A DNA stretch of 57,695 nucleotides from a virus (lineage: Duplodnaviria; Caudoviricetes): positions 1-57,695 of the IMG/VR virus record IMGVR_UViG_3300027903_000007. The stretch is one strand, 5' to 3'. Position 1 is the stretch's first letter. Each line of letters starts with the position of its first letter. Of the stretch, positions 46,410 to 57,691 are shown one piece after another. The notes beneath the pieces are model-generated. The model saw only the letters and a list, made by a program, of their open reading frames with translations. It made no database searches and had not been told where the DNA came from. Made by a program: the position numbers and the translations under genes.

Positions 46410-47681
46410 ATGTTGAATTCTTTTACACGTCATTTTAATGAGACTGTATTCCGTGGCCCCGATAATGAAGGCGGTAGCGGTGATGGTTTGGAAAATGTTT
46501 CTGACGGTGGTGGTGACGGTGGTGATGCTGGTGGCACAGATGGTGCTGATGGCGGTGGCGAGGATGAATCGCAAAAGCCGCTTTCAGTGCGGGAGCAACT
46601 CAAGGCGTCGATTGAAGAAGTAAGGGCTGACGAAGAGAGCAAAACCAAGACACCTAAAAAGGATGCTAAAACAGGCAAATTTCAAGCTGCACCTAAATCC
46701 GGTGAAGCGCTCCCAGAAGGAGGGGAAGTACCCCCGGCAGTTACTTCCGCTGCTGCTCCTGCGGACTTGCCCCCGGAGGCGAAGGCTGAATGGGATAAGA
46801 CCCCACCTGCTGTGCAGGCGGCTTTTATAAAGCGTGGTCAGGATATGGCTGCTGGGGTCGAGCAGCTAAAGCAACGCTATAATTTGATTGATCAGGCGAT
46901 TGCCCCGCACAATGATGCCTTGCGGCAAATGAATGCTACTCCAGCGGACGCTGTTAACCGCATGTTTCTGTGGTTTAAAGCGTTGGCAGGAAGTCCTGCG
47001 CAATCCTTCCCTGCCCTTGCAAAAAGCATGGGCATTGACTGGACTAAATTAGTTGGTCCAGCTGCTCCTGCTGCTGGTATTGCCCCCGCGCCAGCGGCGG
47101 GAGCTGAAGGAGCGGGTGGTGCTCCCCCGGTTACCGAGATACCAGCACCTGTTAAGGAATACATCGGTAATCTTGAGCAGCAGCTTCAACAGTTGTCGGG
47201 TGTTGTGAACCAAATTGGTGGTCAGTTTGGAAATATGCAGCAATCTTTCCAGGTACAAAGTGAAGCCAAGACCAGAGAAAACCTTAGTATTTGGGCAAAA
47301 GACAAGCCTCACTTTGAAGAAGTTCGTCAAGATATGGCAAAGTTGATAGAGACTCAGGTAGTGCCTTTGAAGGCAAACGGTGAAGTTGATCTGGACACTG
47401 CCTACGAACGTGCTATCTATTTTAACCCTGAAGTGCGGAAGAAGGTTCTTGCTGAACAACAGCAAGCAGACCTTGCAGCCCGACAGCAGACGCAGGATGC
47501 GGCTACAACCGCTCAGCAGACGCAAGTTGGGAAAGCCCGCAAGGCCGCTGTTTCGCTTCCTGCCTCTTCCACCCCCGGAGCCACACAAGGCAACAGGGCT
47601 GTGGTTACCAAGAAGCCCGGTCAAAAGACATCAGTACGAGATGACCTTAGGCTAGCTATTCAGCAGCTTAGGGAACAATAA
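46410..47681 (+). CDS. Head scaffolding protein
   Basis: Lies just before the MCP; low-complexity and coiled-coil; C-terminal helix 'SVRDDLRLAI'. Confidence 0.75.
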   Translation: MLNSFTRHFNETVFRGPDNEGGSGDGLENVSDGGGDGGDAGGTDGADGGGEDESQKPLSVREQLKASIEEVRADEESKTKTPKKDAKTGKFQAAPKSGEALPEGGEVPPAVTSAAAPADLPPEAKAEWDKTPPAVQAAFIKRGQDMAAGVEQLKQRYNLIDQAIAPHNDALRQMNATPADAVNRMFLWFKALAGSPAQSFPALAKSMGIDWTKLVGPAAPAAGIAPAPAAGAEGAGGAPPVTEIPAPVKEYIGNLEQQLQQLSGVVNQIGGQFGNMQQSFQVQSEAKTRENLSIWAKDKPHFEEVRQDMAKLIETQVVPLKANGEVDLDTAYERAIYFNPEVRKKVLAEQQQADLAARQQTQDAATTAQQTQVGKARKAAVSLPASSTPGATQGNRAVVTKKPGQKTSVRDDLRLAIQQLREQ

Positions 47682-47808
47682 GCGTAGAGTGGTTTCGACG
47701 TGCTAAGAATATGAAAGCTGGGGCTTTCACAAGAAGCCCCGCCTCATCCTCCAGCGGTTACCATTAGGTTGGGCGTTGCGTTTTCAACCATAACCCGGAG
47801 ATATGACA

Positions 47809-48846
47809 ATGGCAGTAGGTTTTCCAAACCTGTCTGAAATTGTTACCACGACTCTGCGCAATCGTACTGGCGAGCTTGCGGACAATATGTCCCGTAATAA
47901 CGCGGCGCTGTTGCGTCTCAGCAAGCGTGGTAACGTTAAAACCTTCAGCGGTGGCCGTACCATCGTTCAAGAACTTAATTATGCTGATAACCAGACCTAT
48001 CAATGGTATTCGGGCTATCAAACTTTGAATATTGCACCCAGCCAAGTTTTCACGGCTGCGGAATATCCGATTCGTCAGTCAGCGGTTGCTGTTTCAATCA
48101 GCGGTTTGGAAGAACTCCAGAACTCTGGTGAGGAAGCGATCATCGATCTTCTTGAGTCCCGCATCATGAATGCGGAAGATACTTTCATGAACGGTCTGTC
48201 ACAAGGTATTTATGGTGACGGTACTGTGACTGGCTCAGTTGGTGGCTTGCAACTTCTTGTTGCAGCCGCTCCTACTACTGGCGTGGTAGGCGGCATTGAT
48301 CGTTCGCAGTGGACCTTCTGGCAGAATCAAACTTGGTCAGCTGCTACCAACGGCAACACTGTTCTTTCTTCTGCTTCTATCCTTCAGCAAATGGACGCCC
48401 TTTGGGTGACCCTGATTCGTGGCCGGGACTTCCCGGACTTGATCATTGCTGACAATACTACGTATCGTTATTATCTGAACGCACTGCAAGCAATTCAGCG
48501 CATTCAGATTGAAAACAGCGCACCGGATATGGCTGAGTCTGGTTTCCAGAGTCTTAAATATCTGAATGCTGACGTGGTGCTGGATGGTGGCTTCCAAGGC
48601 TTTGCTGCGGATCCATTGCCGCCTCAGATCAGTTCTTCTACTTCGGCGCTCGGTGGTGCCCCTGCTACCACAATGTACTTCCTTAATACCAAGTACCTTA
48701 TGTGGCGGCCCCATGCTCGCCGTAACATGGTCCCTCTTGATCCGGATCGTTTTTCGGTCAACCAAGACGCCATGGTTCGTTTGATTGGCTGGGCAGGCAA
48801 TATGACCTTATCCAACGCTTTTCTCCAAGGGGTGCTCACCGCTTGA
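47809..48846 (+). CDS. Major capsid protein
   Basis: About 345 aa; position; 'EIVTTTLRNR..LADN..SGGRTI..W.GNMT.SN..QGV'; start is 47803 or 47809. Confidence 0.88.
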   Translation: MAVGFPNLSEIVTTTLRNRTGELADNMSRNNAALLRLSKRGNVKTFSGGRTIVQELNYADNQTYQWYSGYQTLNIAPSQVFTAAEYPIRQSAVAVSISGLEELQNSGEEAIIDLLESRIMNAEDTFMNGLSQGIYGDGTVTGSVGGLQLLVAAAPTTGVVGGIDRSQWTFWQNQTWSAATNGNTVLSSASILQQMDALWVTLIRGRDFPDLIIADNTTYRYYLNALQAIQRIQIENSAPDMAESGFQSLKYLNADVVLDGGFQGFAADPLPPQISSSTSALGGAPATTMYFLNTKYLMWRPHARRNMVPLDPDRFSVNQDAMVRLIGWAGNMTLSNAFLQGVLTA

Positions 48847-48852
48847 AGAATA

Positions 48853-48884
48853 ATGAGGGGTACGCTTAACTGTGTGCCCCTCAT
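48853..48884 (+). terminator. Hairpin after the MCP gene
   Basis: ATGAGGGGTAC/GTGCCCCTCAT; no U-tract. Confidence 0.45.
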
Positions 48885-48936
48885 GCTGTGGTGTAAAAGA
48901 TGGATAACGCGTACCTACATGCAATGTTGATGTTCT

Positions 48937-50439
48937 ATGCAGCTATCTATGGCCCAACTACCTTTGATAGCAGATTCGGTCATTGGGAATCGCTTAGCGC
49001 TAGATCTATCCCTGCAATCGCTCATCCTGAGCCAGTTAGAAAGGCAATTGGATGTAAGTGTAAACCTGCTAAACCAAGGGTATTCGTTGATACTCGCAGA
49101 GTCAGTAGAGGACAACATGCAAGAAGTGAAGGACCTAGCTGCTGGCATGAGGGGGTTGATGGCGGGCTTGAGAAAACTCAATGTGGACGCCAAGAACCGA
49201 CTAACTTCCGAGGTCACCCGCGCACAGGTCAACGCACAAAAGGCAATGTCGCTGGCTACTGAATTAAGTGACGCCAATAGGGAGGTCGAGGATTTCCTTG
49301 GGGAGTCAGGATCAAATTTCCCTCCCTCAGAGGACTCAGATACCCCGCCTGCCGTTACTTTGCTAAAGCCTGATATAAATGGTGTTTCTTTACATCCAGA
49401 TACACTTAAGGGAAAGTAAATGGCCGTTCTTTATGTGACTGAATTTAATACTATTGGTGGCGGCGGCAACCATCCTATTTCTGGTGCGCAGTACCCTGCG
49501 GTTGCGGAACAAACAGTTGTAATTACAAGTCCTTCTACACAATCGGCAGCTTTTAATAAGAATACTACTTTTATTCGAGTCCACAATGACGTTATTTGCT
49601 CAATTGAAATTGGGGCAAATCCAACTGCGTCTCTTACTACTGCACGTATGGCAGCCGGTCAAACTGAATATTTCTCTATACCGCCGAACTTAAACTTTAA
49701 AATAGCTGTGATTACCAACACATGAGGATGTTTTGATATGATGGGAGCAGCTGGCGGTCTAGGTACCAGCAACACTTCTGATGCAGCCAATCTTGCAACG
49801 AGTGCTTCGGCACTTAGTGCACTAGCGTCATTGTTGGAGGTTGTGTCTGATCCAGCAGCAGCTAAGGCAATGCTTAAGGAGCTTAATTCAAAGAGTGCCG
49901 AAATTCAAAATCTTCTTGATCAGGTGAAGCTTCAATATCAAAATATCGAAGCCATGCATAAGGATGTATATACAAATCAGGTAAAAGTTGATGCTAGCCT
50001 CAAAGAACTGGATGCTAAAGATGGCAATTTGCGCGCTCGTGAAGCAGACGTTGCTGGTAAGCTTGAGTCGCTTCAAAGCCGTGAAGATTCATTTTTGAAG
50101 GCTAAGCAAAGCTTTGACCAAATCAAGAAACAGAAGGAAACAGAGCATGCAGAGCGTGCGGCTGTCTTGTCTAAGGCTGAAAGTGATAATGCGGCTAAAT
50201 TGGCTGCAATGATTGCTGATGCTGAAGGAGCTTTTGTTGAACGTAGGATTGCGCTTGAAGTTGATCTTGATAAACTGAAAGAAGAGTATAAGGCCAAAGT
50301 AGAAGGTGCTGACAAGCTTCATGCGGAAGCTGCTGAAGCACATAAGAAGGTATCAACAACTTTGGCTGATGCTGAAGCTAAAAAGAAATTCTATGAAGGA
50401 CGTGTAGCTTCGCTTAAACAGTTGATACAAGAGGGTTAA
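48937..50439 (+). CDS. Three late genes: helical (48937-49419, start uncertain), small beta-rich (49420-49725), coiled-coil (49738-50439)
   Basis: Operon-like spacing and SDs. Confidence 0.6.
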
Positions 50440-50589
50440 AATGGCGAAACAGGATAAATCAGGCAATTGTAAATTGTGTGGTATTTGGCGACATGTTTTA
50501 TGTCGAGATCATATGACTAAGATGGATGCGCAACGTTTGGGTAGGATGGGTGCTGCTGCAAGATGGCATTTTAAAACGGAGCGATTGTC

Positions 50590-50940
50590 ATGAGTCGACA
50601 AATGGGATATTTGATGGTTGACCACCGTGCTTCTCCGGGACTTCCTGAAGATATTGCAAGGCAGGTTGGTTATGTCCCGGAGCTCTGCCGCGAAGGTAAG
50701 ATGTTTGAAGCTGACACTTTGACTTGTGCACATTGCAAGGGGGTGGTTGTCAAGAATCCATTTCGTGTAAGAGAGCGTAACTACTGCACCAAGTGTTCTG
50801 GTCATTACATTTGCGATGGTTGCGCTTATTTGGCATCGTTATCAGATTATGTTCATGTAGACTTCGAAAAGGTTGTCGAAGACATTAAAAAGCAGACAAT
50901 CATTATGGGTAGCCCTGACACTTTGACTGGAGAACAATAA
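50590..50940 (+). CDS. Multi-CxxC Zn-finger protein
   Basis: CAHC, CTKC, H-x-x-CDGC. Confidence 0.65.
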   Translation: MSRQMGYLMVDHRASPGLPEDIARQVGYVPELCREGKMFEADTLTCAHCKGVVVKNPFRVRERNYCTKCSGHYICDGCAYLASLSDYVHVDFEKVVEDIKKQTIIMGSPDTLTGEQ

Positions 50941-52634
50941 TGGCACTTCAATTTGCTTCTATAGTTACATTTGCTGGCATTGATACGACAGGTCCAGGAG
51001 TTTGTTCTTTAACTACTGTTAATAGATCACCATCTGGTCCAAGAGCACATGAGCCGGGTATGGTATTAGGTACGGTGCTGGATCTTACAACAAACAACGG
51101 TATCACACAGCAGTTCTTGCTTTCTCAAAGTTGGTTGAATTCAGATGAAAAAGTTGCTCAGTATGGGCTGTACCAACTTGTTGGATTCAATAATGTTGGT
51201 AAGCAGTGCTTAGCTGTGTTCATGATTGCATAGTTTCATAAGAAAGGAAAATAGATCATGTCTAAGCGCATCTTTCAGGTTTCTTCGTTTACCCCGACAC
51301 AACAAGCTGACAGCGCATCTCAGTTAACAGCTGGTACTTGGGCTACGCTTAAGGCTGGCTCGGCGACTGATATTTTGAAAATTGGTAAGGTGTTGCTGGA
51401 AGGTCAGGCTTCGTCATCGGCAGTTACAGCAACTATGTTGGCCCGTTCTTCAACTCTTGCTGCTACACCAACTGCGCTTGCACTACCGAATACTGATGGC
51501 CCTGCAAATATTGCAGCTACAGCAGTGACGACAGCACCAGTTCCTGCGGTAGCTGCGACAACGGGGCCAATTAGGCAACCAGCAGTTACAATCCCGCGTC
51601 TTAATCTGACCTTTAATGCTTTCGGTGGCATTATTCAGTGGCAGACTAATCCGGGATCAGAAGAGGAATGGGTATCGGTAGGTACTGCTACCACCAGCAA
51701 CTCTGAAACGATCTTGTCTTCAGCTAACGTTGGTGCTGCTGGCTTGATTGGTGCCAATATCTTCTATGAAGTGCTGTAAGGAATAGTAGATGGCTGCCGC
51801 AACTCAGCAAACTCAAGCTATTGCTGTCGCTAATCAATTGATTGGTTTATCGACTGCATTGATATCGATTTATCAGCAAATGGTGGTGCTCGATGCAGCT
51901 TGGACGGATCAGGGCACTGCTAATGTGTTGAATGCGATGGGTACGGTGGCTTTGAATACGGATGGTTCAACGGGTACGGCTGATGTTACGCCAAATGTCA
52001 CTCACCCGCTTAGTCCTGCGCTATATTCAAATTTGTCGCGTTCATTATCTGCAAATCAAATTACGTCACTTAAGACTATTTTGGATAACATTGTGACTTA
52101 TGTTAATGGTAGCGCGGTGAGCGCGACTGCTAGTGCGCGAAGTATTCTTAATACTACTGTTGGTGGCTAAGTATGGCTACTAATTTCCTTTGGGGTCCGG
52201 TTGGCACCGTCATCCATTTGCTGACGACTGAGCTTAATACACTTGGTGCGGCTGGTGGTACTGCTTATGGTCCTGAAGTCGGTGGCGCGAATAGTGCACA
52301 GCGTGGGATGCTTTATTTGCATATTGCATCAAGTTCATTGGCATTTGTATCGTCATCTTTTGTCAGTGTTTATTTAGTGCCATCAACTACTACTGCTTCT
52401 GGTGCTACGTATCCGACATATACCTCTGGTGCGACTCCTACATATTCTGGCAATGGTTTCGTTGGTAATATTAATATCAATCCGAAAACGCAGGCTGCGA
52501 ACGTAGTTGATGAAGTATTGCCCGGTATCATCATTCCTGCTGGATTTTTTAAATGTATTTTAATTAATAGTTCTTTGGCCTTACCTGCTTCTGGTAACAC
52601 TTTGGATCTTTATCCAACGCCAACACAATACTAA
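50940..52634 (+). CDS. Four A/T/S/G-rich probable virion proteins (50940-51233, 51258-51779, 51790-52170, 52173-52634)
   Basis: Composition and position in the late operon. Confidence 0.6.
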
Positions 52635-52637
52635 TTA

Positions 52638-53861
52638 ATGTCTCAGTTCCCTTCAAACCCTAGGCAAGGCCCAGCCAAACCCTACGCATCCATTCCGCGT
52701 ATTGATTGGACGCATCCGCTAGCGGATTCACTGATCTTTTACGCCTATGACGCAGGTGGGGTGATCTATGATCTGGTAAGTGGTGGTGGCTCAGGTAAGA
52801 TAACCACATCCACAACTCACATTACCAGAACAATTTCTAAAGAAGGCTATGGTCTTAAATACCCCGGCACAGCTACTTCCGATAGCGTCTCCCTTCCTCT
52901 AGCCAGCAAAGCCACTCAAGGATTTACAAACACCGCACCCTTCTCCGCTGCGGTAGGAGTTTTTGGCAGTGTAGGTGTCAATAATGGTTACTTCACGTCA
53001 ACCGGGGATGCCACAACTGATGTCGCCGGGTTCACTGTGCAGGCTACTACTTTTGGGTTCAACTTTAATAACGGTGGTTCTCAAGTTGCTTTCAATACAG
53101 CGGTTTCAGCTAACAATTACCACACTGGTGTGGCAGTTGCGACTTCATCCACCGCTGCAACGTTATACTTTGATGGAAAGCTTGATCACTCTGTCACTGC
53201 AATAACCACTACCAATGCGACTACTAGCCAACAGGTTAACTTCAATAGCGGCACTGCTAGTAGCGTGAACTTTGGCGGTGGTTGGAATGGATTCGTCCAC
53301 TACTGGGCTGGTTGGAATCGCGTCCTATCCGCAGCTGAAGCAGGGTTACTTCATTCTGACCCATATTGTTTCCTAATCTATCCCGAGGATGAAGTTTTCA
53401 ATACGCTGGTTGGTGTAGTAGCTGCTGCTGCCGCACTTCCATTTAACACTTTATGGGTGCCGGTTACCCAACCATTAGTACCTTTCCCGCAACTACAGCC
53501 TTATAATAACCAACTATTTAAAAATCCTATTCCATTTGGTCCTTATGACTATAGTGTTGGCCCGTGGCGTGTTCATCAAACTCAAATTGATTTGTCACGT
53601 CCTACTAATCTCAATCTATTCAAGAATAATATTCCATTTTTTAATTTTGAAGGGTTAACAAGTGCAAAAAATGTTGCCAATTTAATATCAATCTTGCAGC
53701 CTTATAATCAGAACCTTTATACAGTTACAGCACAAGTCCCATTTACTCAGACAGATTGGTCGAAGTCATTTAATTTATCGCTTCCGATACAGCCAGCACA
53801 GCCCTATAATCAATCGCTCTATGCTGTTACCATCACGTTAATGGGACAGGCATGGATATAG
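52638..53861 (+). CDS. LamG/ConA-like domain plus 4 Pro/aromatic repeats
   Basis: 'NNYHTGVAV..TLYFDGKL..WNRVLSAAE'. Confidence 0.7.
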   Translation: MSQFPSNPRQGPAKPYASIPRIDWTHPLADSLIFYAYDAGGVIYDLVSGGGSGKITTSTTHITRTISKEGYGLKYPGTATSDSVSLPLASKATQGFTNTAPFSAAVGVFGSVGVNNGYFTSTGDATTDVAGFTVQATTFGFNFNNGGSQVAFNTAVSANNYHTGVAVATSSTAATLYFDGKLDHSVTAITTTNATTSQQVNFNSGTASSVNFGGGWNGFVHYWAGWNRVLSAAEAGLLHSDPYCFLIYPEDEVFNTLVGVVAAAAALPFNTLWVPVTQPLVPFPQLQPYNNQLFKNPIPFGPYDYSVGPWRVHQTQIDLSRPTNLNLFKNNIPFFNFEGLTSAKNVANLISILQPYNQNLYTVTAQVPFTQTDWSKSFNLSLPIQPAQPYNQSLYAVTITLMGQAWI

Positions 53862-53864
53862 CAC

Positions 53865-56360
53865 ATGACGGTAAGCTTTGACGCACAAAGCGCTGCGGAT
53901 ACCACGGGTGCTGCAGCAACGTCGTTTAGCGACAGTACTAATCTAACGATTGGTAACGGGCTGAAGCGTGCTCTAACAGTACTGGTTTCATGGTCAACGT
54001 CTACCGCCCCAACTGGAATCAGTATTTCGTGGAATGGTGTTGCACTTACACAGCTGATTATTCACTCAGCTACGTCGGGCAGTACAGAGGCTATCTATGG
54101 GTTGCTTAATCCAGACTCAGGCACCAATACGCTTGCGGGATCATGGACAGGTGCCCGTGATTTTTATGTGTGTGGCGTATCTTGGAGCGGTGTGGATCAA
54201 ACAGATAATACAACTGCATTTTTAACCAATTTTGGTATTGGGACAAGTGCCAATGCAACTATAACCATAGCATCGCCACCAGTCAGTGATGCCGTCTTAG
54301 CTTTCTTTGCTGTGGCAGCGACTATTACCAGCGTGACAGCTGGCACTACTCCGGGAACTCAAGTTTTCTTAGATAATACGCAAACATCCTTTAAATCTGG
54401 TGCGGTATGGAATCCCGGCACAGGTGCTAATATTACTTTGTCGGCTGCCAATACATCGGCTGCTTGGGTAGCGACTAGAGTTAGACTTGTTGCTGCACCG
54501 GATACAGTAAAACCACGTGAAGCAGTTCTCACAAAGTTATTCCAATGGGTATATGCCCCAGCATTTCAGCCTTATAATCAGTCTCTGTATTCTGTTGTAT
54601 CACAAGCACCATTTTTTCAGACAGATTGGTCGAAGCCATTTGTATTGCCACAACTGTCACCACAGCCAGTTGTGTACAATCTCAATCTGTTCACGAACCC
54701 AATTCCATTTGGGCCATATGACTATAGTCTCGGTGCTTATAGAGTGCCCCCGCTGCGTCCTGATGCGACGCAACCAGTAAATCCAAATATTTTTACCAAT
54801 CCCATTCCTTTTGCGAAATTTGACTATCCGCCAGTGGAACAACCCCCTTGGTCACCACCACAAGCTGTTCCATATAATATTAATGTTTTTACTAATTTTC
54901 TTCCATTTGGTCCATTTGATTGGAGTAAGCCTTTTAACTTGCCCCCTGAACGGCCTGTTCCGTCACGTGGGCTGAATATTAATCTATTTACCAATCCTAT
55001 TCCTTTTGCACAGTTTGATTGGAGCCATCCATTTGTTCCGGAACCATATTTTCCGGCACCTGTACAAGCGCTTAATTTGCAGCTGTTTACCAATCCTATT
55101 CCAATCTTTAATTTTATTTTGCAACCTCTAACTGAGCCATCTTTCTTTGCACCATCAACACTTTATAATGTACCGCTTTATACGGTTACAGTAGTTGCTG
55201 CTCCGTTTGCGCAATATGATTGGCCGGTTGCAAAGACACCGCGTCCACAGGTGGATGTTACTAAGCCACTTAACCCTAATATATTTACTAATCCGTTTCC
55301 TTTTACCCCAATTGATTATTCGGCAATAACCCCGCGTATTCCGCGTGCGCCAGATCAGGTTTATTATAATCTCAATGTTTACACGGTTGTCGTAACTGCT
55401 GCACCATTTGTTCCTATTGACTATTCAAAGTCATTTTTTCCACGGGTGTTACCACCTGATCCGGTGTCAGTGAATATTGAACTGTTTACTAATCCTATTC
55501 CATTTTTTAATTTTGATTTGAAGGGTGTTAGCAAGCCAGTTGGAACACCTGATCTTTCAGTCCCCTATAATGTTAATTTGTATGCTATTACTGTAACGTA
55601 TCAAGAACGTGGGGCGTTAATTATGCGCCCCTATCCATTGCGTCCAACGCCTCCTGACGTAACACAGTCTACTAACATTAATCTGTTTACCAATCTTATT
55701 CCTGTTTTAAATTACGATACATCTATTACGGCCAGAATCAAGGGTTTTTCGGATACAACTATTCCGTACAATGTTAATTTGTATGGTATTGTCACCGTAC
55801 AGGTGCCGTTTGCGCAATATGACTGGTCTGTTGGAAGATTTCCACGTCTGCCACAGGTGGGTGCACAGCCCGGTAACCCCAACTTGTTTACTAATCCCAT
55901 TCCTATCTTCAACTTAGATACGTCTACTACGTACAGGATCAAAGGATTTTCAGATACCACCATTCCGTATAATGTTAACGTCTATGGTATTGTTACTGTG
56001 CAAATTCCATTTGCACAGTATGATTGGCCAAAACCATTTGCGCCTCGTCCCTCGCTTGCGCATGCGCAAGTAACTAACCCTAGTTTATTCACCAATCCAA
56101 TTCCATTTGCTAAGTTTGATTGGCCGAGGCAAATAAATGTTCCACAGGTACCATTTGATCGTTCGCTTCAAACTAACCTGAATTTGTTCAAGAACGTTAT
56201 TCCGTTTAATCAAAATCAGTATCCAAATCCACGTCCCATCAGGCTAGGGCCAATTCCCTTGCCGCCTTACAATCAGAACCTTTACACAGCCACTGTGGCT
56301 GGTACAACTGTTCACATCGTTAAGTTCATTGGCAACATGGGTCACTTCATGATCCGTTAA
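53865..56360 (+). CDS. Virion appendage candidate: N-terminal beta domain plus about 18 Pro/aromatic repeats
   Basis: Repeating 'N.NLFTNPIPF..[FY]D[WY]..P' every 32-37 aa or so. Confidence 0.75.
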   Translation: MTVSFDAQSAADTTGAAATSFSDSTNLTIGNGLKRALTVLVSWSTSTAPTGISISWNGVALTQLIIHSATSGSTEAIYGLLNPDSGTNTLAGSWTGARDFYVCGVSWSGVDQTDNTTAFLTNFGIGTSANATITIASPPVSDAVLAFFAVAATITSVTAGTTPGTQVFLDNTQTSFKSGAVWNPGTGANITLSAANTSAAWVATRVRLVAAPDTVKPREAVLTKLFQWVYAPAFQPYNQSLYSVVSQAPFFQTDWSKPFVLPQLSPQPVVYNLNLFTNPIPFGPYDYSLGAYRVPPLRPDATQPVNPNIFTNPIPFAKFDYPPVEQPPWSPPQAVPYNINVFTNFLPFGPFDWSKPFNLPPERPVPSRGLNINLFTNPIPFAQFDWSHPFVPEPYFPAPVQALNLQLFTNPIPIFNFILQPLTEPSFFAPSTLYNVPLYTVTVVAAPFAQYDWPVAKTPRPQVDVTKPLNPNIFTNPFPFTPIDYSAITPRIPRAPDQVYYNLNVYTVVVTAAPFVPIDYSKSFFPRVLPPDPVSVNIELFTNPIPFFNFDLKGVSKPVGTPDLSVPYNVNLYAITVTYQERGALIMRPYPLRPTPPDVTQSTNINLFTNLIPVLNYDTSITARIKGFSDTTIPYNVNLYGIVTVQVPFAQYDWSVGRFPRLPQVGAQPGNPNLFTNPIPIFNLDTSTTYRIKGFSDTTIPYNVNVYGIVTVQIPFAQYDWPKPFAPRPSLAHAQVTNPSLFTNPIPFAKFDWPRQINVPQVPFDRSLQTNLNLFKNVIPFNQNQYPNPRPIRLGPIPLPPYNQNLYTATVAGTTVHIVKFIGNMGHFMIR

Positions 56361-56372
56361 TTGGGTACTTCT

Positions 56373-56972
56373 ATGACAACTTTAGACCCAGCAAACAAAG
56401 CTGTGCAAGTGACTTTGAGCAACGCGAATTTAACAGCCGTATCATCAACAATTGGTAGAACTGTTTATTCCACTACAACAAAGACGGTCGGTAAATGGTT
56501 TTTTGAAGTAACCACAACAAATGATGGCTCAGGAAATAATGAATTTGGCATAGGTTCTGTTACAAATCAGAACGTCAATGCATTTCTTGAATCTTCTGGT
56601 GGTGTTGGATTCACTTATGCTGGTGGTGGTGTTTGGAATGATAACGGAGGAGGTGGGGGCACTTCTAATACATATACTCCTGGTGCAACTTTTACAGCAA
56701 GTGTTTGTCTTGATCTAGATATTAATCTACTTTATCTTATTGTTGATGGAACACATAAAGTATGGGGGGATGCTGATACATCCACTGGAGGGGTTTCATT
56801 GACTCCGGATGCTGCTGGGTTTTTTGCCGGTCTTGTTCCTATAAGTGGGGGTGCTAGTCTTACTATAAATTTTGGTGCTACAGCTTTTGTTGCGGCAATT
56901 CCAGTTGGTTTTAGTTCTTGGGATGTTCAAGTAGCACCCCCAACAACATTGCTGCCTCAAGCCTTGTTATGA
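56373..56972 (+). CDS. SPRY/B30.2-like domain protein
   Basis: 'LSNANLTA..GKWFFEV..FGIG..LDLD..INFGATAF..PVGFSSW'. Confidence 0.7.
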   Translation: MTTLDPANKAVQVTLSNANLTAVSSTIGRTVYSTTTKTVGKWFFEVTTTNDGSGNNEFGIGSVTNQNVNAFLESSGGVGFTYAGGGVWNDNGGGGGTSNTYTPGATFTASVCLDLDINLLYLIVDGTHKVWGDADTSTGGVSLTPDAAGFFAGLVPISGGASLTINFGATAFVAAIPVGFSSWDVQVAPPTTLLPQALL

Positions 56973-57106
56973 TCTTGACGAAGTCCTTTACTTCTTATAG
57001 AAGTCATATTGGTGAAACCAATCACCCACTTCTTCGTGCGTGTCCTTGGAAACCAATTCATGGACTATAGATTTTAGAATTCCAACTCACACATGAGGAG
57101 CCTTAA

Positions 57107-57691
57107 ATGGCCGTAGGTCCCGCAATTTATAGCACCACGAATATGGAAGGTGTTGATATCAATCAGGTGTTCATCTTGAACGTTACCGGCACCCCTGAAA
57201 TTCCACGTCCTCCGTTTAGTCCCGGTCAGTTGGCTTGGGGTACGGATGGTTCAGAATGGGTGTTTTGTACTGCTAGCATTACCATCCCAGCTGGTTCAGT
57301 TGTTGTTGTAAGTCCTATTCCAGCATCTTGGTCTGTTGCCTTGATTGGTGGTGCTACTGTTACTGGTACTGCTGTTCCGTTTGGTCAGTTTGTTGGCGTG
57401 GTTGGTGGTTCTCAAGGCAGCATGCTTGTTCCTGCCCCAGCTGCTCCGCAAACTGGTACTTTCTTTTGGGTACAGGTTGCAGGTAACTGCCCGAATATCA
57501 GGTCTGCTGCTGCAGTTACTTTTGGTGCTCCACTTTTTGATGTTGCAGCGACTGCCGGAGTTGTGGGTCTAACCCCCGGTGCTAACAGCGGTTATGCGAT
57601 TACAGGCATGGTTCTTAGCCAAGCAGCTGGTTCTGTGGCTGGTCCAAATACTGGGATTTTGAATAACCCAACTATTGGTGCTGCGACTTAA
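57107..57691 (+). CDS. Probable head decoration/cement protein
   Basis: 'GQLAWGTDGSEWVF..GTFFWVQVAG'; strong GAGGAG SD. Confidence 0.6.
   Translation: MAVGPAIYSTTNMEGVDINQVFILNVTGTPEIPRPPFSPGQLAWGTDGSEWVFCTASITIPAGSVVVVSPIPASWSVALIGGATVTGTAVPFGQFVGVVGGSQGSMLVPAPAAPQTGTFFWVQVAGNCPNIRSAAAVTFGAPLFDVAATAGVVGLTPGANSGYAITGMVLSQAAGSVAGPNTGILNNPTIGAAT

Noticed and set aside
48900-49262. Alternative 120-aa ORF after the MCP gene
   Set aside because: It overlaps the helical 48937-49419 frame; I cannot tell which 5' part is real, so it is not called separately.
53500-56300. Diversity-generating retroelement template and variable repeats
   Set aside because: Repeat differences are mostly synonymous and not adenine-specific; no reverse transcriptase is in the window.
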